In this document: positions 38,289 to 51,734 of the stretch, piece by piece
Layout of the letters: every line of letters starts with the position of its first letter
How positions within the stretch are numbered: position 1 is the first letter of the stretch
NCBI RefSeq assembly: GCF_964188315.1
Contig: NC_135673.1
Span: forward strand, 12,586,001 to 12,650,000
Source: Podarcis muralis
Lineage: Eukaryota
DNA length: 64,000 nucleotides
Direction: 5' to 3'
The notes under the pieces: generated by a model
The model's database searches: none
The model's input: only the letters and a program-made list of their open reading frames with translations
What the model was told of the DNA's origin: nothing
Translations under genes and position numbers: made by a program

Positions 38289-39222
38289 TACTGTGTTGAT
38301 TTCCTTAGCTGCAGACTCACCAAGTACTCATTTGCATATAGCTGGCCCTATAGCATGAGCCTTTCCTGCTTTGGCAATGATTCTTGTCATATCATAAGAA
38401 GCTAAGGTTGATTCTCCTGAGTGGTCACACCAGAGTTTTTCCTATGGCTTTTTGCCCCTTCTTCAACTGCAAGTTTGATCTTGAAAAAAATCCATTGGTT
38501 TGTTTTTTGTAGTGGTTATGTTTTGTCTCCAAATGGCATTGAGGCGTAGCAGGCGTCATAGTTTCATTAGCCAGAAGATCGTCATCATTGTACTTACGGA
38601 TTTTTGTTTTTTCCTGTGATTGAGATATGAGATATAAACACTAGTAGATGTGCTGACACTAAGCATACTAGGAAGTATCCACAGAATTAACAGTACTAAT
38701 GGGTGGCACCACCTGATACTTTTTTGTTTCCTGTTCTGTAGTACTCCTTGGTCTTTTCAAAGATCCCATCTTTTATCATGAATTTGTTTTTTACTGGCTG
38801 TTTTTCTGTAAAAAATTACCCAAAACATAGTGTTACAAAAGCTGGGTGCCACCCACTCTCTGCTGAGCTCTTTCTTCCCAGAACACCTGTTCCTGTCACC
38901 TCATGCCCAGTTACCTTGGGAACCTTCTGTCTGCCCAGGTCCAAAATACCTCCTAGATGGGCCATCAACACCTTTTGTCTTGTAAATCCCTCTGTCTCAG
39001 TTGAGGCCTTGGTTTGGAAGGAAGCTTAGCTTGTACTTTTCCACTGACCTCCAATTTTCCCTTCAGGTAATCAAAATTCTACAATTTATTAATTTCTAGG
39101 TTTTGAGGGGGGTGTCCCCCAAATCTATAACAAGAATTCCAGTATGTGTTCTAAAGACCAGGATACTTCAAGCCATTTGAAGTAAAACTCTATGTAGACT
39201 GCATTGTAGAAGGCTGCTATTA

Positions 39223-39471
39223 GTAAAGGTAAAGGTACCCCTGCCGATACGGGCCAGTCTTGACAGACTCTAGGGTTGTGCGCCCATCTCACTCAAGAGG
39301 CCGGGGGCCAGCGCTGTCCGGAGACACTTCCGGGTCACGTGGCCAGCGTGACATCGCTGCTCTGGCGAGCCAGAGCCACACACAGAACGCCGTTTACCTT
39401 CCCGCTAGTAAGCGGTCCCTATTTATCTACTTGCACCCGGGGGTGCTTTCGAACTGCTAGGTTGGCAGGCG
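39223..39471 (-). mobile_element. Sauria SINE, 5'-truncated
   Basis: Close match to the 29296 copy; 12-bp TSD AGGCTGCTATTA at 39211-39222 and 39472-39483. Confidence 0.9.
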
Positions 39472-40424
39472 AGGCTGCTATTATATTGTATTTATTTATA
39501 GAATCTTCTCTTGGGCTGTTTAGTGTATACGACTAATCATAGTGACAGTCTGCTTAACTATTTCCCCTGTTGCACTTCCAAAATGAGACATGAATCCCAA
39601 ACTCAGAAGGCAAGATTTACTGAAATTCTACCTACAAGCAGTGTTAGAGTTCTCTAAACTTAATTGTAGTTGAAAGCAATTATAAGTTATTTTCAGTTAA
39701 AAAGGGAAGGGATCCTTTACATTTTTAAAAAAAGATAAACATGTGATAAGCAAGTTCCTTGGTTTGCACTCTTTCTCCCTCTTCACTCCCTACAATCGTA
39801 GGAGCCCTAAGAAACTGTGTCAAAGGTTTTTGCCCAGTCCCAGTTTACTTGCCGACCAGCAACAAGTTTTTCCCTGCCAGCAAGGAGAGCAGAACCTGGA
39901 TAATCAGTGAAAGGCTTTCACTGTGCAATTAGCAAGATTAGCGAGTCCCTTGGACCTCCTGGGTGCTGTTCCCGGACCTTTAATTGGGAACTTTAAACTA
40001 GTAGGTTGAATTTGAGTGGGGGTGTTGAGCCTTTTAATGGGTAGAATCTTTTTTCTTTATGTATACCTTTGTTGTTGTGTTGACTTTTCTAATATTACTG
40101 CTGTTGTTATCAAATTGTCTCAAGTGCATTTATCTATGTTACCTTCAAGTTTAGAGTTCCACCTCCATTCCCGCAACGGCCCTGTGAGGTAGGCTAGGCA
40201 GCAATTTGACAATGGGCTCAGAGTTAGACATGAGTGCGGGAGCCAGTTCTCCTCAGCTGTTGGCAAAAGGGTGGGTTATTTTTGGCCCTCCAGACGATAC
40301 CGGACTACAGCTCCCATCAGTTCAGAGCATTGGGTGTGTGGATAGCAGGGTGGCATCCAGGAACCTCTAGAAGGCTATACATTCCCCATCCCCAGCTGTA
40401 GCTACCTCTAGCTAACAAACTATG

Positions 40425-40564
40425 CTATATGGCAGTTAGTTCTGTGGTCTAGATTGAGGTGCTGATAATGCCAAAGTTGTGGGTTCGATCCCCATATGGG
40501 CCACCTGCATGTTCTTCCATTGTAGGGGGTTGAACTAGATGACCCTTGGGGGTACCTTCCAACT
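40425..40564 (+). mobile_element. tRNA-derived SINE with a CR1-like 3' tail, interrupted at its 3' end by a hAT MITE
   Basis: GGTTCGATCCCC B-box; tail GGGGTTGAACTAGATGACC...CCTTCCAACT resembles the CR1 3' end. Confidence 0.65.
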
Positions 40565-40821
40565 CATGGGTAGGCAACCTAAGGCCCATGGGCCAGATCC
40601 GACCCAATCACCTTTTCAATCCAGCCCGCAGACGGTCTGGGAATCAGCATGTTTTTACATGAGTAGAATGTGTGCTTTTATTTAAAATGCATCTCTGGGT
40701 TATTTGTGGGGCATAGAAATTTGTTTATACCCCCCCCCCAAAAAAAAAATATCGTCCGCTCCCTTCCACAGTCTGAGGGACAGTGGACCGGCCCCCTGCT
40801 CAAAATGTTTGCTGACCCCTA
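40565..40821. mobile_element. hAT MITE
   Basis: 8-bp TSD TTCCAACT at 40557-40564 and 40822-40829; ends GCTGACCCCTA; the interior is the reverse complement of the unit repeated at 55362-55560. Confidence 0.82.
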
Positions 40822-41379
40822 TTCCAACTCTTCAATCTAATCAATATTTTGTGTTAGAGTCCTATATATCTTTGCTCAGTGAGGTTTATTCAGATGTATG
40901 TGACTTTAGAAAGACGCAAAGCTTAGTGGAGAGCAGTAAGGGGCTCTTGCTCCTTTCATCAATTGATAAAAGGATTTTGCAGCAGTTGAAGCTTTTATTT
41001 TCTCTGTGTAGAAAGTGTCACCAGTCAACATTACCTCTTCAAAAAATTTTCCTCTGTTGGGATTAGCTGAGAAGCTGCAAACTGTCCCCCTCCTCATCTT
41101 CAGAGTATCAAGGCAGTGACTGATAGTGATGTGTGGGTTCCTTTTTCTTTGAGTGGGAGTTTGGTGGAAGGTTGCCTGGCAGCCAACTCCATGAAATGGG
41201 CTTGCAGTTAATATTGTGTTGTATGTTTGCTGCTTGGGATTAGGTTTTGTGTATGTGTGTGTTTTAAGTCTTTGCATGATCCCTCTGTGTTGGGTACTTT
41301 GAGTAGGGTGTATTTTTTCTTTCTTTCGTGAAACCTTCTCTTATCCACTTTACGGTAGCAAAAAAGCTATGCTAACATA

Positions 41380-41540
41380 CAGTCATACCTCATGTTACGT
41401 TTGTTTCAGGTTGAACATTTTCAGGTTGCGTCCCGTGGCAACCTGGAAGTACCGGAAAGGGTTACTTCCGGGTTTTGCCACGTGCACAGACGCGCAAAAT
41501 GACGTCATGCTCAGAAGCGGCGAATCATGACCCGCACACA
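41380..41540. mobile_element. Tigger/pogo-like MITE, truncated
   Basis: Left TIR CAGTCATACCTC with the shared CCGGAAGT/ACTTCCGG core; right end not found. Confidence 0.7.
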
Positions 41541-41965
41541 TTGTGAACCCTCATTGTGAAGCCATTGTTTTCGAGAGGTCAATTTATGTTTGATCTGCTG
41601 TTACCTTCCTCCTGCCACCTATTGAAATTTGACAGTTCTGAGAAAAGTAGATAAAATCTGGGATAACTGGCTCTTTCACAGATCAGAAGCCTTTAATTAA
41701 CAGGAAATTAATTATGGGGTCATGAAGTGTCGGACATGACTAAATGACGACGACAACAACAACAACAACACCACAGTTGTCTATAGACAGCTGCTTAAAG
41801 TTCCTGTGAGTTAGTAACTTCAATGTACATGTTTACAAAGCTGACCCTTTCACAAGTTTCTGGTTTGACATGTTCATAACCTTGTTAGCTGGCTATGTGC
41901 CATTGTGATGACCGTAATGCAGAGAAATCCTGTATTAATGACCAAAATGCACTCTCTCTTTGTAG

Positions 41966-42061
41966 CGCTTGTGTGACTACGTCTGTGACCTTCTTCTAGA
42001 AGAATCTAATGTGCAGCCAGTGTCTACACCAGTTACAGTCTGCGGTGACATACATGGACAG
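41966..42061 (+). CDS. PPP6C: PPP6C exon 2
   Basis: [32 protein letters not shown] (GDxHG motif); 96 nt. Confidence 0.97.
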
Positions 42062-43761
42062 GTGGAGTTTTATATGGATTGTTCATTTGATGCTATACCC
42101 TCCAATAATAAAGGATTGACACTTGCAAACAATCTTTTGCATTGTAAAAGAATGTGCAAGTATTCACTAGGGGGACATGGAAACAGCAATACAACATAAT
42201 ATCCCTCCCTTTTTTATACCTTGAAAGAAAATGTTTTTGTTGTCATTTGTTCATAACAATAAAACTATACATTCCACAAAATTCAGAAGTGACGGTTGGT
42301 TGAGTGTACTCAAGAGCAAAGTGTGTTAATTTTCTGGAAGTAAGCATGATCTATTCATTTCTTTCCCCCCCTCCAAACAAGTAATCCAGTTTGCAGAATG
42401 GGGACTCAGCTGCATAGCTGCAAATGAAATATTTTAAGTGTGTTGCAAAGACATTAGATGGCAATGGGTGAGCTATGGCAAATTCAATATATTTTTCAAA
42501 ACTTTTTTAAAAAAATGCATTTTCACAGCGTTTTTTTATATGTGTGTAGATTCCACCTGAGTCGATTCCTTGAATCATTTTCTGAATAACCAGGCTACAT
42601 AGTTTCATTGGTTTTGGTTCTTGGCCTTTAGACTGCAGTTAATTGAACTGCTTAACATTAACAGGAGTATTATCCCTGAAGCCTCTAATACAGAAGTAAT
42701 TCTGTTCAAAGGTTATAGATATTGTGCCCAGAGGAAGCTTGCAGGATTAAATCAAAGGCTTCCTTTAGATCAGCACTCTTGCAGTAAAACCAATGGTGCT
42801 GCTTATGATTTGCATTGCAAGATTAAAAAAATAGAGAAACAGAGTTCTTGCAGTGATGCCATGTTACAAAGTTATGGCAGTATTTCGTTGTGGGTGGTGC
42901 ATTTGCAGTGCTTTAGAAGTGATAGTCTGAGTGTACTTTGCAAGAACTAAATGTTGGTCAAGAGGCTGGGCATGGTAGGGAGAGCATCACTTAGTGATGC
43001 GTGGAATACTTATTTCCTCCCAATGCACCATTGAAACCATAAAACAAATATTAACATTAGTTTTTGAAAGGAGTACCAAGGCCCATAATTGAACACAGAA
43101 TATTTATGAGGAATAGTTAAGATGTTGTCTGCCTTGCACTGATTCAGCATCAAACAGTTTAGGCAAACCCCAGGATCTAGCTAGTAGCATTTTAGCTGTT
43201 TGAATGTGGGATTCTAACACTTGAACATCCCCTAACACACCTATGTCTGTCCAGCCTGTGCCTTTTCTTCAGATGCCTTTCAGAGCCACCTGTTTTTTAA
43301 AAAACCGAAAGTTCATAACTTTTGGGGCGTTTTAAGTCATTTGGGTTTAACACAGAATGTTTTTTTAAAAAAAATATTTTCAGAGTTTCAAAAAAACACA
43401 ATTTTTTCACACACACACTTGTTTACATTAAACCGTAGTCCATATCAGTACCTTTATGGGGTTCCCTGAACCCCCTGATTTCCCCCCACCCCTGCCTTGG
43501 CTTCCAAAATTTATCTTCCTTTTTAAACTGCATCTAATTACATTTATCCAAATTATTATACTGTACTTCATTTTTATCCTTTGTCATTTTAAATTACAGG
43601 TGCTATATCAATCCTGCTAGAGTTTTTACAATTTTTCCAGTGTTCTTTAATATACTGTATTCTATAAAGTTATGCCATTCTTTGTTGAATTTGTTATCCT
43701 CTTTGTTTATCACAGAATGTTAATGATACAAGCCTTCCCTCCTTTTGTTTTTGTGTTCCAG

Positions 43762-43827
43762 TTTTATGATTTATGTGAATTGTTCAGAACTGGAGGTCAG
43801 GTTCCTGACACAAACTATATATTTATG
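43762..43827 (+). CDS. PPP6C: PPP6C exon 3
   Basis: [22 protein letters not shown]; 66 nt; CAG/GTATGT. Confidence 0.96.
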
Positions 43828-45254
43828 GTATGTACAAATTAAATTCTAAAAATAACTAGCAGGTTTTTTAATGTAGTACATCCATGACTTGGTTCTGTGT
43901 ATGTTTTAATTTGGGTCCTGCTTCCTTGCTTGCTGTGTCTTGCCTCTGCTTTTTTCTCTCTTTACCATCTCAGAAAATAAAAATCTAATTAATGAAGGCT
44001 TGGATTGAAGTGCTTGATTGCTCACGTTCCTGAAATTTCAAACCTTTGCTCAGCGCTGTACAAAACTGGTAGAAGTAGAAAATGGTTCAAATTATTTTCA
44101 GGGCAACGAGGAAGAGATTTGTTTGTTTGTGAGGGGGTATCTTATTATTATTGATGCAACTTTCATTATTGTGGGAATTCCTACTTTGCATGAATCAGTT
44201 ACTTGAGATAGGTGAGGTTCTGAATCTGAACAGAACATTTGAAATGTATTTTATATGAGTAGAAGGGCAGAGGCTGTGGTTTTCTGCAAGTACAGTTTTT
44301 AACAGTCACGATCCTAGAACTTGCGAGGGGCCATAGCTCAGTGTTAGAGCACATGCTTAATACATCAAAGGTCCTGCATCAGAATTAAAATTTGCTCATG
44401 CCACACAGATATTTTTTATTGATAAGAAATATATTGGAAAACAAAAAGAAATAACTCCTAGCAGTGCCAGGTTTATAACATAGAACACAACTACTTTATA
44501 ATATCACAGGATATCCAGAAAGTATAAAATAACACAGCTACATAAGAACGTGAATCATTCCCAAAATATAATTATAAACGAGCCTTGTAGTACCTTAAGT
44601 ATGTATACAAACTCCTCGGTATGAGCTTTCTTTTGCTGGGTAATCTTATTTATATTAGGCCTAATTTGAGGCACACTCATTTTATCAGCAGTGTGGTGTA
44701 GTGGTTAAGAGTGTTAGACTTGTAATCAGGTGTCCGTCTCCGCTCCTCCACATGCGGTTTCTGTGTGACCTTGGGCTAGTCTCACTTCTTTGGAGTCTCT
44801 CAGTCTCATAGAGTGTTTGTTGTGGAGGAGGAAGGGAAAGGAGAATGTTAGCCTCTTTGAGACTCCACTTCGGGTAGTAATAACGCGAGATATCAAATCC
44901 AAACTCTTCTTCTTCTTCTTAACAGCACAGAGAATCCTTTCTCTTTTATGATCTTTCGTATTTGTCAGAGTTGAAAATCCCTGTTCCCAACAATATGTCA
45001 AGGAGAACTGTAAAAGAATAGTCAATACTATTCTCCAGCACAATTATGGATCTCAGTTAGGATTGTCCTCAGTATCACTTGATGCTCTTGCTTTGAAAAG
45101 ATATCTTTCCATATCCTGCAACTAAAATAAAATATTTTCATACTATACTATGCTGCACAACACTGAAATGTTTAGGTGTTTCTTTGATTGTCCTTTAGTC
45201 TACCTAAAGGTAGACTACACCCTTTGAGAACTACTGTCCTAGATTCAATCATTG

Positions 45255-45803
45255 TCATAGAATCATAGAGTTGGAATAGACCACAAGGGCCATCGAGTCC
45301 AACCCCCTGCCAAGCAGGAAACACCATCAGAGCACTCCTGACATATGGCTGTCAAGCCTCTGCTTAAAGACCTCCAAAGAAGGAGACTCCACCACACTCC
45401 TTGGCAGCAAATTCCACTGTCGAACAGCTCTTACTGTCAGGAAGTTCTTCCTAATGTTTAGGTGGAATCTTCTTTCTTGTAGTTTGGATCCATTGCTCCG
45501 AGTCCGCTTCTCTGGAGCAGCAGAAAACAACCTTTCTCCCTCCTCTATGTGACATCCTTTTATATATTTGAACATGGCTATCATATCACCCCTTAACCTC
45601 CTCTTCTCCAGGCTAAACATGCCCAGCTCCCTTAGCCGTTCCTCATAAGGCGTCGTTTCCAGGCCTTTGACCATTTTGGTTGCCCTCCTCTGGACACGTT
45701 CCAGTTTGTCAGTGTCCTTCTTGAACTGTGGTGCCCAGAACTGGACACAGTACTCCAGGTGAGGTCTGACCAGAGCAGAATACAGTGGCACTATTACTTC
45801 CCC
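45255..45803 (-). mobile_element. CR1 LINE 3' fragment in PPP6C intron 3
   Basis: [13 protein letters not shown]...[10 protein letters not shown]...[13 protein letters not shown]; (TTCTATGA)n-type tail. Confidence 0.93.
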
Positions 45804-46362
45804 TGTTATCATTCATTATTTAAATTCATTGCCCACCCTTCACCAGCAGGTCCCAGGGCAGCAAGTTAAAATTCAGAATTAAAAACAGTTAAAGCAGATT
45901 GGGGTCACAGAAATAGAACAAGTCCCAAAAATGCACATTTCAGATGTCAAACACCAAGGTAAAGAAGTGTTCAGCACTCACTGAAAACTGTATGGTGAAG
46001 AAGCCAAATGCATTTCTCTGCAGAATAGGCCTGGGTGATTTTGTGATAGATAGTTGAAAACCAGTTCGATGACAACTGGTTCAAAATATTTGCTCTGATG
46101 ATAAACCTTATGAAGCCAAGCCAGAATGCTTTTGTCTGTTGTTCTGACGGATTAGCTCTCCCCCTGCCTCCTGCAGGGGGCAGCAAACCACAGAGCAGCC
46201 GTAGACTGGGAACTTCCTCTGGCGCCACTGCCATAAATTTTGCTTCTAGGCAGGCTGGTAGGTGCTGGGATCTGCATTCTGCCATGGGGTTATACCGAGT
46301 TTAGAAAATAAATAAATAAACCTTGCACCACTTAAGCCTCTTCTTTCCCAAGTTTCCTGCTA

Positions 46363-46595
46363 CAGTGGTACCTCAGGTTACATACGCTTCATGTTACATA
46401 CGCTTCAGGTTACATACATTTCAGGTTACAGACTCCGCTAACCAAGAAATAGTGCTTCAGGTTAAGAACTTTGCTTCAGGATGAGAACAGAAATCGTGCT
46501 CTGGCGGTGTGGCAGCAGCAGAAGGCCCCATTAGCTAAAGTGGTGCTTCAGGTTAAGAACAGTTTCAGGTTAAGTACGGACCTGAGGTACTACTG
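46363..46595. mobile_element. Tigger/pogo-like MITE with an internal 15-bp triplication
   Basis: TA TSD; GTTACATACGCTTCA-like unit three times at about 46377-46425. Confidence 0.82.
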
Positions 46596-47106
46596 TATTT
46601 TTCTTTTTCCACACGCCACCCGTGTGTGTCTGCTTTCCCTTTCTCTCTTTCTCTGTGTGCTTGCATGTGTTTCCCCCCTTGTTCTGCCTGCCTGCGTGTG
46701 GCTTCAAGGAAGCCCCTACGCCCCACATGAGCTGAAGTGGTATCGCTCATCTGTAGGGCTGGGCAAGGTATCTCAGCTGCTTCTTCCTTGCCTAAGGTGG
46801 GAAGAAGCAGCCAAGATACATTTCAGATATTATGATATATTATTATATCACAGTATTTAACTGCTGATGCATCACAATGCTGAAAACCAGATATTGCCCA
46901 GCCCTATTGGGGAGGAAATTCCACAATTTGGGGGCTGCCCCAGTTAAAAAAAAGTACCTGGTCTACTGACTCCTCTGAAGGGGATTGCTTGTTTTTATAA
47001 TAGTATGTAAGCTGTTTTACTATCCCTCCTTTTCTTTTTTCTTTAATTGTATAATTATGTGTTGTGCCCTGGGACCTTAAAGGCAAAGTGCAGATAAACA
47101 GTCTTA

Positions 47107-47153
<47 letters not shown>

Positions 47154-47182
47154 GCAAGCAAGCAAGCAAGCAAGCAAGCAGG
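47107..47182. repeat. Compound (AAAT)n(AAGC)n microsatellite
   Basis: Read directly from sequence. Confidence 0.93.
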
Positions 47183-47331
47183 CATACATATACTTCTGGA
47201 AGCAGAGGCTAGCAGCCCAGTCCTATGCATATTTAGTCTGATACAAGTGCCTCAGAGTTCAAGCACTTGTAACATTGCAGCCTGAGTGTCTCATGTCATG
47301 CAGTATAGTAAAACGTTGTTTAACTTTTCAG

Positions 47332-47473
47332 GGTGACTTTGTAGACCGAGGCTATTATAGCCTTGAGACGTTTACCTATCTTCTTGCCCTAAAAGCAAAA
47401 TGGCCTGATCGCATCACACTTTTACGTGGGAATCATGAGAGCAGACAGATAACTCAAGTGTATGGATTTTATG
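47332..47473 (+). CDS. PPP6C: PPP6C exon 4
   Basis: [47 protein letters not shown] (GDxVDRG and GNHE motifs); 142 nt. Confidence 0.97.
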
Positions 47474-48780
47474 GTAAGTTCTCTTCCTACCCTACCTTCA
47501 GTTTCATAGTTATAATCAACATAAGCGCGTGATGAGTTGGCTTGTCCTCTTAGAAGCTGTAGAACAAGGGTGCTGAGCCTCTGGCTCAGGGGCCAGATGT
47601 GGACTCCAAGCCTCTCATGTTTGGACCTTAAGATTCACCCCGGGCCATCCAGCTCACCTTCCCTTCTTCACATCCTTATTGAGCCTTCTTGCCTGTCCTT
47701 TAACACTAACAATAACTCTTGCTTGTCTGGATGGAGGACAGAGAGGGGTGTGTTAATGTGTGCAGAAACTAGCCTCCTGTACAAAAGTAAACAACTCTAA
47801 TTGCTCCACCTTCTTTTGCCTCTGATTCCACCCATCACTGGCTGTGGCTCCTGCAACTTTGCCAGACGTGAATGTGATCCTTGGGCTGAAAAAGTCCTTG
47901 ACTCTTGGGCTGAAAAAGTCCCTAGCCCTTCCTGTAGAGTTTGGAACATTTTTAGAAGGATTGTAAACAAGGGGTTTGTTGTTAAAACAAGCATAAGCTT
48001 CTGCTTTATAATGTAGGAAGCTGTCCTTAGAACCTTAGAGTGATGCGTAGTGCTAAGATATAGAAATAGAGATTCTGTGTTAATTTTCCTCACAATATAT
48101 TTTGAAGTGCACCCACCCACCCAAAGAATCCTGGGAACTCTTGTTTGTTGAGGCTGCTGGGAATTGCTTTTCTGAGGAGTAAACTATAGTTCCCAGGATT
48201 CTGGCGGGGACACGATGGAATGAACAGTGCTTTAAAAATATGTTGTAATATGGACAACTGATTGGACTTGTATCTGCAACTGTGTGTGAAGGAAGAATAT
48301 GGCTTAATTAGATTTGTCTAATGGAGTATTGGACTCGAAATGGAGCAGGTTGTTTGTGGGCACGCTGAGTGATGCTGGGCATGCAATTATATTTAATTTA
48401 CTTTTTGAAAAAGACATATCTGTCAAAGTCTCACAATTGATGTAAAAATCATGTTCATCTGCTCATTGAGCATTTCTTTCTTCATGATAGATTTAAATGA
48501 TTACACATTTTTTCAAGTTATTCAAGAAATGTGAACCAGTTAGGATAAAACTTTTTAAGTAGTTAAATCTGTTTTATAAGGTTGTTGTGATTATAATGAA
48601 TTTTGGATGCAACCCAAATTAAATGAGTGATTAGGTGAACAGATAATGCTGAGTTTTCAGTCAACATGGGAGCTCCTATCTCCGCTGTTGTTCCTACAAC
48701 CCGTCTAGTTTAGTCTGAGAAATTATGATCACTAAAACATTATTCTCTTCACCTCTTTCCCCTGCTTCTTTCTCCAATAG

Positions 48781-48860
48781 ATGAATGCCAAACCAAATAT
48801 GGTAATGCTAATGCCTGGAGATACTGCACCAAAGTTTTTGACATGCTCACAGTAGCAGCG
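48781..48860 (+). CDS. PPP6C: PPP6C exon 5
   Basis: [26 protein letters not shown]; 80 nt. Confidence 0.96.
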
Positions 48861-49001
48861 GTAAGGGTTTCTTTTAAGTGAATAACAAGTGACTTTCTGT
48901 CTCTGTTTCTCTAATTATACATTTACCAAAGGTTGTTTTTTTTTAATTTCAGGGTTGTGGTCCTAATAACATCTTTGCCTTCTGTCTTTTTCCCCTTCAA
49001 G

Positions 49002-49211
49002 TTAATAGATGAGCAAATCCTCTGTGTACATGGGGGCCTGTCTCCAGACATAAAAACACTGGACCAGATTCGGACTATCGAGCGCAACCAAGAGATCCCA
49101 CACAAAGGAGCTTTTTGTGACCTTGTTTGGTCTGACCCAGAAGATGTGGATACCTGGGCCATAAGTCCCCGAGGTGCAGGCTGGCTGTTTGGGGCAAAAG
49201 TCACAAATGAG
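49002..49211 (+). CDS. PPP6C: PPP6C exon 6
   Basis: [22 protein letters not shown]...DLVWSDP...GAKVTNE; 210 nt; AAG acceptor. Confidence 0.96.
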
Positions 49212-49586
49212 GTAAGAAAACCCAGTTTCCCAACCACGTCTCTGGCAGTGACTCTGGCCTGCAATCAGAAAGTATTGCCTGAGAAAGAGAAATGATGGGG
49301 AGTTTAAGACGGTGTTTGCCTCAGAAAACAGGTTTGCGTTTTGGGAACAGTTTCGTTTTATGATTCTGTTTTTGCTTCACACAACTGTTGCATTTGATAT
49401 CCTGTTACTTGCACGAGGCAAGTTAAGTCTGGGTGTGCCCATTCCATCTTATTCATGTTGCTGGGGGTACAAGTGCTAATAGTACTATTATTTTTATTAT
49501 ATCCCACCTGTTCTCCAAAGAGGTCAAGGTTACTAACATATGTGGTTCTCCCCCTCCTGATTTAATCCCCACCACAGCCCTATAAA

Positions 49587-49946
49587 GGGATGCGGGTGGC
49601 GCTGTGAGTTAAACCACAGAGCCTAGGACTTGCCGATCAGAAGGTCAGCAGTTCAGATTCCCATGACGGGGTGAGCTCCCGTTGCTCAGTCCCTGCTCCT
49701 GCCAACCTAGCAGTTCGAAAGCACGTCAAAGTGCAAGTAGATAAATAGGTACCACTCCGGTGGGAAGGTAAACGGCGTTTCCGTGCGCTGCTCTGATTCA
49801 CCAGAAGTGGCTTAGTCATGCTGGCCACATGACCCGGAAGCTGTATGCCGGCTCCTCCGGCCAATAAAGCGAGATGAGTGCCTCATCCCCAGAGTCAGCC
49901 ACGACTGGACCTAATGGTCAGGGATCCCTTTACCCTTTACCTTTAC
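49587..49946 (+). mobile_element. Full-length Sauria SINE inserted in an older CORE-SINE
   Basis: Head GGGATGCGGGTGGCGC, tail CCTTTACC; TSD ACAGCCCTAT at 49574-49583 and 49945-49954. Confidence 0.9.
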
Positions 49947-50535
49947 AGCCCTATGAGGTAGGTTAAGGTGAGAGGCTGTGACCCACCCAAAGGCACCCAG
50001 TGAGCTTCATGGCTGAGTGGATATTCAAACTCCCATCTTCTAGGTTCTTTTCCAACACACTGCTATATAGTATAAATCTTGTGCTTGGGGATATTTTATT
50101 GGAAAATACGACACTGGTGTAGGATGTCTTGTCTGGATACAGTAATCAAAATGGTTGCACTTCATGTTACTTCATATTGAAAGTGCCTTAGTGCTGTGTC
50201 ACTGCTGCCTAGTTTGGTTAACATATTCTTAAAGATTGCATTCGGCTTTCAGGATCACATTTTAAAAGCATCAACTCTTAAAGAGAAACTGAGAGTTTAA
50301 GGGGAGAGAACAAGAGAGTATTTGAAAGGAGACTTTAGTATGAGAGAAAGAACATCGCTGCCTCCTGCTCTGTGTCCTTGTGCTGGGCTTCTGAAGTGTT
50401 GCCATGGCTCCTTGTCAGTGGAATAGAATGCGTGTGTGTCCGTGCATGTGTGTGTGTGCGCGCGCACTACCTCCAACATTTTTACTGTAAATATTTTCCT
50501 TAACTTCCTTCCTTATTTTTTTGTTTACACCTTAG

Positions 50536-50784
50536 TTTGTCCATATCAACAACTTAAAGCTCATCTGCCGAGCCCACCAGCTGGTGCACGAAGGTTATAA
50601 ATTTATGTTTGATGAGAAGTTGGTCACAGTGTGGTCTGCTCCGAACTACTGCTATCGCTGTGGAAATATTGCCTCAATCATGGTATTTAAAGATGTAAAT
50701 ACAAGGGAACCAAAGCTCTTCCGTGCAGTTCCAGACTCAGAACGTGTGATCCCCCCAAGAACAACCACACCGTATTTCCTCTGA
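50536..50784 (+). CDS. PPP6C: PPP6C final exon 7
   Basis: [21 protein letters not shown]...[11 protein letters not shown]...[11 protein letters not shown]. The seven exons sum to 918 nt = 305 aa + stop. Confidence 0.97.
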
Positions 50785-51163
50785 GATGTGGCTTTGCCCT
50801 TTTCTTTTGTGACATACCCTTTTAGCACTTTGCTGCTGAAATGCTGCCTCTTGCCTTTTATATACTTAAATTATCTAAATGTGTTGTATATTGTCAATAG
50901 GGGTGCATATTTAAATCTCTCTCCCTCCTCTTATCCCTACCTTACCTTTCTTGCCAGCTTTTGAAACGTCTCTGAGCACCCACCTACCTACCTACCTACC
51001 TGTTTTGTAGTACTTGTGATTTTTTTTTTAGTTCACTTCTTTTTTCCCCAAAAAACATAGGAACACGAATTTTCCCTTTAATGAGATAAATCTGAACAGC
51101 AAAACATCAGAACTAGTCTGATCTTTCATTCAGGGGGTTGACTTTGGGGAGGCTATTGTTTTT

Positions 51164-51490
51164 AATAAACTCTTTAAAAATTTCAGCAGCAAAGTTGTAT
51201 TTGGTGTGCATGATGGGACTGTCTGAGCCCTGCTAGTGAGTACATTTCCAAGATGTAAAAAAAATGTCCTGGTTTATATTTTGCTTTGTCAGCATAAATA
51301 AATGGTGTTAATGGCTGCCCCTGATCTCCCTCCACCCGTTGCTTTATTTTTTTAGGATTTAAACTAAAATGCAAAAACTCGTACAGGTAAACGAATTTGT
51401 ACAACGAAATAATTGTTCTGATTTTTCTCAGATACTTTGTCTTTTTAATAAAGTCATAACTCAGTCTCTAGGTTAAGCATTCAAAATAAA
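51164..51490 (+). terminator. PPP6C: PPP6C candidate polyadenylation signals
   Basis: AATAAA at 51164-51169, 51447-51452 and 51485-51490; which one is used is unknown. Confidence 0.6.
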
Positions 51491-51734
51491 GCCCTACATT
51501 GTTGATGTGAATTCATGTCTTTTCATTCTCCCCACCCTCTTTTCACAAAGAAATTTCACATGTGTGGTTATGGTTTGATTGATAGAATGTTTGGATTCTG
51601 CTAATACAGGACTTCCTTTTCCTTAGCTAAATTTCCACATAGCAGCCCCTGATTTTCAGGTGTGTCAGAGCTAGCAGTTGTACAAGGAAGTAAACAACTT
51701 TTAATAAGAAAAAGTGATACCTAGGCATTTGTGT

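Noticed and set aside
50494-50535. U12-type intron in PPP6C (TTTTCCTTAAC branch consensus)
   Set aside because: The donor at 49212 is GTAAGA (U2-type) and the motif is about 32 nt from the AG, too far for U12; it is best read as a strong U2 branch point.
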